From contig BQFW01000006.1 of assembly GCA_020891255.1 (NCBI GenBank), positions 558,001 to 622,000 on the forward strand: a stretch of DNA of 64,000 nucleotides, read 5' to 3'. The translations under genes were made by a program, and so were the position numbers. Origin of the DNA: Entomortierella parvispora E1425. Lineage: Eukaryota; Fungi; Mortierellomycota. A model generated the notes under the pieces. The model searched no databases. It saw nothing but the letters and a program-made list of their open reading frames with translations, and was not told the DNA's origin. Shown one piece after another: positions 1 through 10,735 of this stretch (position 1 is the stretch's first letter; each line of letters starts with the position of its first letter).

Positions 1-1241
1 CCTGGTGTCCGTTTGTTGGATTGAAATCTCTAAAACTGGCCTACAAGTGGCTCGGGCCTGACCGCCTGCTGGAGTTCCATTTGCTGTTCCCGATGCTTGA
101 AGAGCTTCAGATAGTGGATTGTCAAGGGGGCTACAGCTCGGTCCTAATCCGAAGCACCAATGAAATCCTTCTGGCGGCACCCTCACCACTGTCGACACCT
201 GGAGGCTCGGCATTCACGGAAGACTTAGTCACAAGAGAGCCAGTCCTTTTTCCACAGCTCAGGACTCTCCGTATTGCGAGCAAATACCCAGGGAACCATG
301 GTCGACTTGTTGATCTGGTCAAAGGACGACCTCATTTGAGCGACCTCGAGGCGGACATTCTGCCTTTTACACGGAGCGATGTTTATGAACTGGCGGAACA
401 ATGCTCGTTGCCAGCAGCTTGTTCCTCCTCATCAAAGGCCCGGAATCGGTTCAAGCGGCTGTTTATTCATACGGATATGGTGACAGAACTCGACGAGTTT
501 TATAGTGCACCCTGTTTCCAACAACTCGAGTCCGTGTTCATTCAATCCGTAAGTCTCGGCTCTTTTTATCCTTGCCCTGTTGACAAGTATTCTTCCACAT
601 TCACACACCATCCTTAACACTTTGCCCAATAGCGCCAGCTTTCAATGAGCATGTTTCCGTTTGCCATGACCTTGAAGACTCTACATCTGGGAGGGATAAA
701 TGAGCTGCTGGGAGTGGATGAGGAGCGCATTTTGAATGACGTGCTGCTTCAATTGACCAATCTTGAGGTGCTTATTCTGGATCGGTATATCAGTAACTAC
801 AACCCGTTTCAATCCTTTGGCCTGGATCCCAAGACGTCACCCCCATCTCTATCATCATCTTTATCAGTGAGTGGTCATGTTGGCCGGGCACAAAAGCGGC
901 GCTGCTTGTCCGAGCTCAGCATCTACCTACAATATCCGCGACAAGAACGACTTCATACAGCCTCTGTCTTTGCTCCTATCGCGTCCAAGACTTTCTATGC
1001 AGGAGGGAGCTTTCGGCCACTAAGAGATATCGGCTTAATGGCGTTCAAACGAACGGACAAAAGTCTGGATCTAAATCAACTCGAAGTCCAGATTTTGAAT
1101 AGGTTTCCAGGTCTGGAGCGACTGACGGTGCATCTTCACGCCGAAACGCGGGAGCCGATGGATGCGGATGTGAGGACACTCATGTCGCGACATTCTCATG
1201 TGGAGGTGCACATTGTTAAGAGAGATGGAGACAAGAAATAA
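1..1241 (+). CDS. 5'-partial LRR/RNI-like (F-box-associated type) hypothetical protein; exons <1..548, 633..1241
   Basis: ORFs 21..617 and 645..1241 join in frame via intron 549..632 (GTAAGT...AATAG, phase 0). LRR-like motifs recur (FPMLEELQI, FPQLRTLRI, LKTLHLGG, LTNLEVLIL, FPGLERLTV). No F-box is visible because the N-terminus is outside the window, so the family is inferred. Confidence 0.6.
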
Positions 1242-3229
1242 AAGACTTTGGTGCGCGGCAGATAGAGCATGCTTTCTTTTCTTTTTTTCTTTTTTTTTTT
1301 ATTTTGAAGAAAGAAATAAGGTGGGGTCGGCGTCAACTTGGAGATAGTGCAATACCAAGGACACCCGTGCAGGCCACAGATGGCAAGCCAGGGCTGGGCC
1401 CGCGCAAGTCAAAAATCAAATTAATCGTATTGACCCCCGTAGGGGCCATATTATTCGATTAGAATAATAAGAACAGATACTACACTTGATCTTAGCCAAA
1501 AAGCTAGAGCGGGTAAAGAACAAAAAAGGTCCAGGGAGAGTGCTGCTTTTATACTGCCAAGGGGCAGCTGCCTGTGACTGGCATGCTGGTGCAATTGAGA
1601 GAGCAATGGCAAGAAGCAGTACCCAACAATCTTCTGAATGAAAAGTGCACTGCATGTCCATTGAAGAGGAGTTGCGGCAGACCAATTTCATTTCAGGCCC
1701 AGAAGCACAAAAAAAACCTTGATATTTTTGAAAAAGAGTTGTTGGAGGCAAAGCAAAGTTCAATCCTGAAACTGTACGTGGTGCAATGTATTGTACGTGG
1801 TGCACGAACAGGCCAAAGGTAGCACAGGCAGCGGGAATGAGCAACAAAAGCGGGTCAGGGGGTCTGTCTTGTGTTGGATCAGAGCCAAAACTTCCGCCTG
1901 AATGGGATGCGGGGGGAGGGGGAGGGGGAGAAGGAACCCAACCCAACAACGCGGGGAGCGCGGATCATTTTTTTTTTCTGTCTCTCTCTCTTGCAGCGAA
2001 GAAGGACGGGAAACAAAAAGGACCTGATTGTTTGTCCGTCACTCTCTCTTAGTCAATGCACAAAAAAAATGCAGCAGCAGCCAAAAACGCGAACGGATCA
2101 CGGTTGAGCGTTTGAGGGTTTTGAGTGAGGATCGGAAAATTGCGTTGCAGGACAACAAAGGCAGATCCTCGGGAGAAGGAAGGGACAAAAGAATGCAATA
2201 CGAACAAGGGCCAGCATTGGATTACAGCATCACCTCGATGGCATTGGGATCCCACGTTGGGGACAGGGGGAGCGACAGGAACAAAGAAAAGAACGGGTGG
2301 GAGGGTCGACTCGGCCTTGGTGCTGTAGGGGCGGGTGGTGTGTGGTGGATGAGTGGAACAATGAGACACAAAGAGAAGCACAGGGCAGGGGACGAGTGGA
2401 GTGGGGGGAAGTGAGCACAAGGGGCTCAATTTAGGCCGATATCTGGCAGGGGGGAGGAGGGGCAGGCAGCAAGACGAGGCAGGATCCACCTTTGGAACCA
2501 CGACCTTCCTTGGTCAGTCCCGCTGTGGTGCAGGCTGGGAGCATGGCATGAATGGCAGACAAACAGGCGACAGGCCCTGGTCCCCTGGATGGACGACCGA
2601 AAAGAGAGCGAGAACAGAGGGAACAAAGAGCCACGGTGAATGGCCGTGAACCACATCTGTCATGCTGCGATCGAGATACAATTATCTCGCCACAGAGTCA
2701 GTCAGTCAGCCCAGCCAACCCAGCCAGCCCAGCCAGCCCAGCCAGATCGGTCCCCCTCTGTCCTCTCTTGCACCGCGACCGTCTGTTTCGTGTCTCCTTT
2801 CTTTTCTTCCCTCATTGCTTCACTCTTCCTCATTACACTTTTCTATTCTTTCCTTCTTGCATTGCACTGCCCCCCCAACACTCTCCATTTTTCCAATCAT
2901 TGACTTCATTGTTCTCATTCCTGCTCTCTCTCGAGACAAGACTTGCTGAGCACCGCACTGCACTGCAAAGCGTAGAAACGCCTTTCCTTACTTCCCTTTG
3001 CCTTCTTTCCTGGCTTTTTGTTTCGAGTGTCCTCTGTGTCCTCACCCCTTTTTTTTCTCTCGTTCTTTTTCGTCCTTCCTTCTCTTCCTTCGCTCACCCT
3101 TCCTTCTCCTTCCTCTCTATCTTTTCTTCTCTCTTTCTCGTTCTTATTCCTTTCTCCACTTTGCCTTTGTAACTGCTCGTTGACCTTTCCTCCGGCCCTG
3201 TCTGCCCCCCTCCCCCTCCCATCCACATC

Positions 3230-5831
3230 ATGGCGAATCCCATCTTTGACGACTTTCTCGAGCTCGACTTGTTGGATCCCTCGGATGCCAGCAACGACAT
3301 GTTCTCTTACTACCTCAGCGGTGCCTCTGACGAGAATGTCGGCGACCTTGGCGCTGCGGCTGCTGCCCTTGCCGCGAATGAAGATGCCCCTGAAGACCAG
3401 CCTATGGATCTGGTCATTAAGCAGGAGGAAGACGACGACTCGGGGCACCACACTCGAGCGCTCCTCCTCCTGAGCCCCGCCTCCGACAACCAAGACAGCG
3501 CCACTCTCAAGACTGAATCGGTTGACATGAACTCATTCCACAATGACACCGCTATGCTCGTTAGTCCTGATCAGCTCACCATTTCACCCCAGGCTACCAC
3601 GGTCTCACCCTCGACGATATCCCTGAAGGCCACATCCTCGGTATCGACTTCTGCAGCCTCATCAACAGGGGCCAAGACACAAGGTAAGGAATGTGATCAG
3701 CCATGATCCCAGCATCCAGGGCCAAGACAGGATTTAGTAGAGTCTATGCTCGACCAGCATCGTTTGTAGAGATAACCACCTCCTGCCAAAGAAGAGGCAG
3801 CAAGGCAGCACAGGAGGAGCAAGGGGCTGATCTGCGATCCACCAAAACACCATTGTTATCGTCCATGGCGTTTTCTCCTCAGGAGTGGTGGGATGGCTAT
3901 CCATCTACTCATGCATAATTCGCACAAATAGTATCATCGTCTAACCCTTCTTTTCTACGGTTTTTTCCTTTCTCCGTGATTGTTTTACAGCAACTGTCTC
4001 TGTCGATTCCTCCAAGCCTGCCACCACTACCGCCAAGCGGTCAAGTCCGGAGCCCACAGCTTCCGCAAGGAAACATGCAAAGACAGAATCAGTATCCAAA
4101 TCAAAGGCGAACACCTCTCGCAAGGCTGCTGCGTCTTCAAGCTCACAATCCGTGACGAAGTCTACAGGCGCCACCAAATCCAAATCCACTTCGTCCTCTT
4201 CGTCCTCATCCCTGTCTTCACCTTCCTCCTCTGCTACCGCTTCCGTTGAACCACCAACACCAACAACAGAGTCGCTCACATCACCCGTCAACACCACACT
4301 CTCCGCAGCCACGCTCCAGTTCTTGTTGCAGCAGCAGATGGAGACACCACTGATTCCACAGCTTTTCACTGGCAAGCTCTCGCGCGAGGAAATCGAAGAA
4401 ACCCTGGCCCGTCTGCTCGAGTCCACTAAGCATCTGATTGCTACGGATGAACCCACAAAGGTCAAGGAGGAGAACGCATCTGATGAAGAGTCAGACGACG
4501 GCATGGAGGGAGTCGAGGCGGGCGAGAGTGAGCCAACCCACGGACTCAAGACACAACCTGGGATCAAGACGGATGATATCCCTTCGTCCACCGATCTGAA
4601 AAAGATGACTTCCAAGGAGCGTCGACAACTCCGTAACAAGATTTCGGCACGCAACTTCCGCGTCAGGAGAAAGGGTGAGTCTTGATCGAGGGGACAATGA
4701 ACTGGAGGATGGGCGCTGAAAATGCACAATGGCCTCACCTACCCCCTTTGGGATGGCGAGGGGGGACCAAAGTTTTGGATCCACACGCACTAGAAGACAT
4801 GATGCGAATTGCACCTCTCCCCTTTATTTTTTGTTTTGTAATCAGACTTTGGCTTACAGATACTGATTTCAATGTTTTTGTCTCCTTCTCATTTAGAATA
4901 CATCTATACGTTAGAGGGTCAGGTTCTCCAACACAAGACCGAGGCGCGACACCTTCGTGAGGCCGTCACCCTTGTTCAAGAAGAAAACATTAGACTCAGA
5001 GACGAACTCGAGGTTGTCCGTCAACAATTGGCCGAGGCTACTCTCAACGGTAATCCAGTGTCACAGGCAGTGTCAGCAACACCCGATCAAGCTTCAGCTG
5101 CGCCATTGTCCAAGGAGAATCAGAGCCTGCTGAGCTCCATTATGAGTCGCAACGCCAAGGCCAATGTCACTCTGAGTGTTGCTCGACCACAGTCTCCCAT
5201 CCTCACCCCCAACTTGCACAAGGACATTCCCAACTCCTCAAATGGCAGCACAGCGCAGAACTCTTGGAAGGATAAGAAGCCAATCATGGTTCACACAACT
5301 CTTGTGCCAGAGATTTGCTTCAACGACGATTTCCAGTTCGGTCACAAGGCAAGCAAGTCAAAGGAAGACGCCATGTTGGATCGGCCATGGATGAAGATGG
5401 CAAACCTGGCTCAAGACTCCTTGAGTAACAATCCTTTCTGGTCCTCAGGCATCGTTTTTGAACTAGTCAAGACGTTTACCGTCTCTGCCTATGATCAAAT
5501 GGTGGTTGATTTGACTACGGATGAAGATACTGCGGAGAAGTTTGCCTGGGAAGTCCAACAGAACCTCTGGGCTATGAACCCATTAGAGAGAGATAACGAG
5601 AGCAAGGATGAGGCCAGGCTGATGGAGGAGCAGATCGAGCTCCTGTGCGGTGTCTCTCATCTCTCTCTTGGCTCCAGTCTACCAGTATCGACAACTTTGC
5701 CTTCGGCTCAAGAGGACCCCAACATGCTCGACTGGCTTTACGAATCAATGATGGCTCGCCTGGTGGAATTGGATCTGCAGGACAGCCAAGACCACTCGCT
5801 TGCATCCTCCGCGTCTGCTCAATTGATCTAG
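3230..5831 (+). CDS. bZIP transcription factor; exons 3230..3683, 3991..4674, 4897..5831
   Basis: Introns 3684..3990 (GTAAGG...TACAG) and 4675..4896 (GTGAGT...TTTAG) keep frame. They rebuild a basic region plus zipper: KKMTSKERRQLRNKISARNFRVRRK|EYIYTLEGQVLQHKTEARHLREAVTLVQEENIRLRDELEVVRQQL. Confidence 0.9.
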
Positions 5832-6263
5832 ACTTCTTTCTTACCCAATGTCTCAAAAGACGTTCTCATGTACAGTCCTCCTTTGTCTGCTTTTCCGTTT
5901 TCTGGCCCCATCGAGTTCCGTTGACCTTGTACTTTTTTGCACCAAAGTGTTCCTCATTTGCGTTTCTTCCCCTGTTCTTCCCCTGTGCCATATCTGTCCT
6001 TGTTTTTGCCTTTTCATAATAAAATCAGTTGCCTTCCAACAAGGTGTGTTCCTGGGCTGTGGATCATGGATCAATGGTTGAGAACCCGCCATTCAGCAGT
6101 CACGGATTTTTTTTGGCGATTGCGAATGTGAATCCATTACCTTTGACAAGCAACCCACACGCTCAAGAATTCACTCTAATCGCTCATCAGGACAAGGACT
6201 GCCCGACTACAACAGACAGAAACCACCTCATCCCATACCGACCTCTCATTCATTTTACCCGAG

Positions 6264-7587
6264 ATGGATCCTGAAAACACTGCGACGGTCGTTGTCGAGA
6301 CACTGGAAGAACTGCGTTCAAGACACAAGAAGGAGCAAAAGGACCTTGTGGCCAAGGTCACGGCTCTGAAGAAGACGGCCACCAAGGGCGACAAGAAGAA
6401 GAAGAAGGAGGTCTTGGCTGAGGTGGCTCAGTTGGAACAGGCGTTGAGTTTGCAGCAACAGCAGGAAGAAAAGGCCCTCTTGGCTACTACCGGTGCCGCT
6501 GATCAAGAAGACTCGTCGTCAGCAGGGGCCTCAGCAAAAGCGCCAGAGGAAGAGGAAGAGGAAGAGGATGATTTCGACCCTAATGATGTAGGTTATGGGC
6601 GATCTTTTGAAGATTGCACTGTCCGCCCCGCTCTTTCCAAACTAACCTCTCTACTTCCCTTCTGCGTCTATTTCCCATTAGATTCCTATCGACCACCTGA
6701 CGATAGAAGCACCTTCGCCAGCCCAAAAGACGAATAACAACGGAGGAGGCGGTGGCGGAGGAAAGAAACCCAACCGTCAAAAGGCTCGTAAGGATCGCAA
6801 AGCCCAGCAGTTGAAGGAAATCCAGGACGAAGCCGAGAAAGAGGCAGCAGGACAGGTCAACATGAACGAAGTCGAGCGCAAGGCGATCGAGGAATTGGCT
6901 CAGGTCATGAACGTCACCGTCAAAGATGTCACGGCCGATGGTCACTGTCTTTACAACTCGATTGCAGACCAGTTGGCCCAACATTATCAGAAACAGGTAC
7001 AACCCTTTTTTTTTTTTTTTTTTTTTTTTTTTGGCAAAATGGTGGAAATGTGGGAAAGAATTGTTTACTAACGGAACGAGCCTATTTCTCTTTTTGTTGA
7101 TTGCACCCCCTAACCGTAATAGACCACAGTCAAGGCTTTGAGACACGAAACGGCCGACTACATGCGCGAGAACGCTGATGACTTTTTGCCCTTCTTGACC
7201 AACAAGCAAGGTGATATGATGACAGGCGAGGACTTTACAAACTATTGCAAGGATCTGGAGACAACTGCTGTTTGGGGAGGTCAACCTGAGGTAAAAAAAT
7301 GAAGACCCAAGAAAGCTACTGCCACACGGGATCACTACTGCCTGGCTGCTTAAACATGAGGATATGAATCCTAACCCATGCCGTGCTCTGCCTCATCTTT
7401 TAATCGATAGCTCCTCGCTTTGTCCAGGGTGCACAAGGTCCCTATCTGGGTCGTTCAGATGGGCAGTCCAACGGTCAAGTTGTCTGCAGATGCCTACCCC
7501 AACGAGACTCCATTGATGGTCTCTTACCATCGTCATATGTATGGTCTTGGAGAGCATTACAACTCTCTTCGGCCCAAGAAAGTGTAA
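6264..7587 (+). CDS. OTU2: OTU-domain deubiquitinase, OTU2/OTUD6 family; exons 6264..6587, 6682..6996, 7123..7290, 7411..7587
   Basis: N-terminal RHKKEQKDL...KKKKKEV coiled coil, catalytic Cys loop DVTADGHCLYNSIADQL, WGGQPE motif and His loop YGLGEHYNSLRP are all recovered after splicing three GT-AG introns in frame. Confidence 0.9.
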
Positions 7588-8160
7588 AAGCGTGTCGATT
7601 CGGATCGCCGTTTATTAAAATAAAATAAAAAAAAAAGGAGGGCAAGCACTCTGATGTGGGCTGGATCCTATCCGAGTGCGTCCGTGGTATACGTTATTTT
7701 TTCTTTCAGAGGCTTCAAGGATCCAACATGGAGAGAGAGAGAGAGAAAAACAAGGGCGGAAACGGTTTGAACGCTCGCAGTTGACTGGCGCACTCCTGTG
7801 ATGAAACGAGTAGCCTTTGAGCCCAGGACATGACATCGTAGCATATCTCCCAGATTAGCAATTCCAGGCGTGCTGGTGTCTCTTGGAATCCCCCTCCTGG
7901 AGATGCTGCAAATCAGAGGTTGTGGTTAGACTTTAGAGATACTCAGATAGGTTCTTACCCTTTTTTTTTACTTTCTGTCATTTCACCGATTCACCCCATT
8001 CACCTTGCTTGCATTACATTGCATTCACTCATTCTACAATATTTTTTGGAAGGTGCACGGGCTCTGCTTTGCGACCGACAGGGACCAAAAAAAGCAACAT
8101 TACGCACAGGCACAGGCAATAAATCTAAAAAAAGCCAATCGCGTCCCCAGGAGAAAGAAT

Positions 8161-8705
8161 ATGGAAACCATCAAAAATCGAGACGACAGTGGGTCGTCGT
8201 GCAAGCCCATGATCGCTCAAGTCCAGCGTCCACGACAGCGAGGAAAGAAGATGTTCCTGAGTTTATGCAGTGCCTTGACCCTTTCCATGCTTTTGGGCCT
8301 TGGAGAGATTGAGCACAGGATAGGAGGATTCATGGCCGTCGCGGATGCCTTTCCTGCTCATGTCTTACCCCAGTCCCCTTTTCATCAAGCAGTTCTGGCC
8401 GGACCTCTCCTTGGCGAGACCACTTTTACAGTCGCAGGAACCGAGGGGTCAGAGGACGCCACGAGCCCCACCGTTTTTCACGTACTCGCCGAACGCAAGT
8501 CCAAAGCTCAAAAGGACCCCTCGTCCCAGAGGAAAAAGACCCCCACGGATCAGAACGGACACGTGGAGCAGGATGCACAACACCGGGATTTCCTGAGCCT
8601 AGCGTCCAAAGTTTCGGGCAAGAGCACGGGTCAAATCGATCAGGAGCTTTCAAGGGAGCGGAGCCGGGTTCAAAAGGAACATGAAGCCCATTTCCGGTTA
8701 ATACG

Positions 8706-8747
<42 letters not shown>

Positions 8748-10672
8748 GTTACTCCTGCGGAAACAAAAGCAACATCATAGATTGGAAGATGATGAGGACG
8801 AGGAAGGGGCAGCGGTAGCAGAAGCAGAGGAGGAAGATTATTATAGGGAAGGAGGTAAGGGACAGCATCTACACGTGCATGGTAAAGGTGCAGGACGGAT
8901 TCGACTGCCGATGGATGTGACCAGGCCCAGTAAAGGGAGAAACAGGGGCAAGAAAGGGCATGGACACGATTCCGACCATCATCGTGAGCGTGAACGGAAA
9001 AAAGAGAAAGATGACGATGACGACGATGACGATGACGACCACGAGGAAGGGGGTGAGGATGAGGATGAGGAACGAGATGAAGATGAAGATGAAGACGAAG
9101 ACGAGGATGAAGATGTGGACGAAGATGAAGATGAAGATGAAGATAAAGATGTGGACGAAGCCGAGAACTTTGCACGTCGTCCTCATAAACATCACAAGGA
9201 CAAGAAAACAAAGTCGAAGAAATCTTCCAAGGATCGTGCCAGGAACGAAGTGAACGACCGAGAGGATGAAGAGGATGAAGAGGATGAAGACGATGAAGAG
9301 GATGAAGAGGATGAAGAGGAGAGCTTTGAGCATGCAGTGGAATACCAGTTCCGGAAGCAAAAGTCAACCCCCGCCATCTTTTATGTCCCTCACCAAGACG
9401 ATGATGCCTTGGCCATGGCCCTCGGTAAGAATTCACACTTTTTTTTGTTTGTTTCTGTTGTTCCTTTCAAGGGACTAAGTCGACATTGCCTTCATTGTTA
9501 CAGCCATTCGGGAACATTTGGATACAGGTCGCAAGGTGATTGTGCACCTTTACTCGGACGGAATCAACGCTCTCCTAAGAGACATCGTCTCTGGATCCGC
9601 CCCTTGCCCGCTCAATCACGCTCCACATCGATTCAACTTGACGCTGCAAGACGTCGTCACAGGTCGCACACACGAGTTCCGTCAGTCCCTTCGAGCTCTA
9701 GGAGTAAAGGCCGAGAATATTCATGAAACCGGATGGAGCGACATTGAACCTTTGAAAGACTATGAAGCGTTTCAACTCAAACTCAGAGATCTTATCCTTG
9801 GATATGAAAAGAAGGTAACCCTCCATCTCATCCATCATCACCTCTTCAGGGTATGACCTTTGACAATTAATATTGTGTTTCTTCTTTTTCAGTACCCAGG
9901 TGCGTCTCACAAATGTATCAGCGGCGAGTACGACCGAGACGCTGTGGGCAGGAACCCCACCCACCGAGCCTGCTGGGACGCCGCCACGCGACTCTTGAAC
10001 AAGTTCCCCAAGGGCTGGCCCGACTCGCATCAACTCTGGGATTTCCGATTCTACAGGACCTATACCTATTACAACCCGGCCTCGCTCAGGTCCGCTCAAT
10101 TCATCCGGGCCATGCCCGAATTCCTGCCCTACAAACAAAAAGCCCTGGACCAGTACAAGCGGTGGGAACCCAAGCAAGGGGAATTGGCGTGGGGCTATCA
10201 TTCTGTCAAGTCCTTGATCGATGCGGCCTACACTGACCCACATGTGTACATGGACATGTTGGACAATGACCCCACTAACCCTGCCAAGTGGTATGCTCCG
10301 CCGATCGCTAAAGCCCATGGCACTTCCATGTTCCCGGATGTGTGGAAATCGAATCGAGAGAAGGATTGGAACCAGGCGTTGGTCCATGCTAAAGAGGAGG
10401 CTCAGATCCTGCCTCAGCAGGGTGACCACGGTGAGAAAGACAATGGTGATGATAGTGACTCAAACACTAGGGACTCTGAGCAGCAGGGCCATGAACTGCT
10501 TATAGAAGAGGCAGAGATCGAGGATCAAGAATCTCCTGTTGCCAAGTGGGATGAGAAGGAGGTGGCCATGAGAGAAGAGATTCTCAAGGCCTTTGACAAG
10601 GCGGCCAAGGGCCCAGAGGGGGGCACGTACCGCATCCAGAATCTCGAGTTATTAAGTCCTTCACAACAGTAG
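8161..10672 (+). CDS. Secreted or membrane-anchored PIG-L/LmbE-like (CE14-type) deacetylase with polyQ and a long Asp/Glu/His-rich N-terminal region; exons 8161..9424, 9504..9814, 9893..10672 (start may instead be 8209 or 8251)
   Basis: Hydrophobic segment MFLSLCSALTLSMLLGLG. After splicing, the domain reads IFYVPHQDDDALAMAL|AIREHLDTGRKVIVHLYSDG...RTHEFRQSLRALGV...NPTHRACW, matching the PIG-L HxDD motif, the TxG/SxG strand, the R..E...A...LG helix and an HxDH-like second motif. Confidence 0.65.
8707..8748 (+). repeat. (CAA)13CAG microsatellite encoding poly-Gln
   Basis: Read directly from the sequence; in frame within the PIG-L-like CDS. Confidence 0.9.
9010..9320 (+). repeat. GAT/GAA/GAG-rich low-complexity tracts encoding poly-Asp/Glu
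   Basis: Imperfect GATGAA and GAGGATGAA repeats; translation DDDDDDDDDHEEGGEDEDEERDEDEDEDE...EDEEDEEDEDDEEDEEDEEE. Confidence 0.85.
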
Positions 10673-10735
10673 CCCATCACAGAAATACTAAAAAAAATAA
10701 GAGATTTATTTGTAATTCCTCGGCTCCTTCCTTGT

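Noticed and set aside
1416-3200. Numerous overlapping 60-200 aa ORFs upstream of the bZIP gene
   Set aside because: They arise from purine-rich or pyrimidine-rich low-complexity promoter/UTR sequence, with biased composition (F/S/L or K/R/E) and no splice or domain support.
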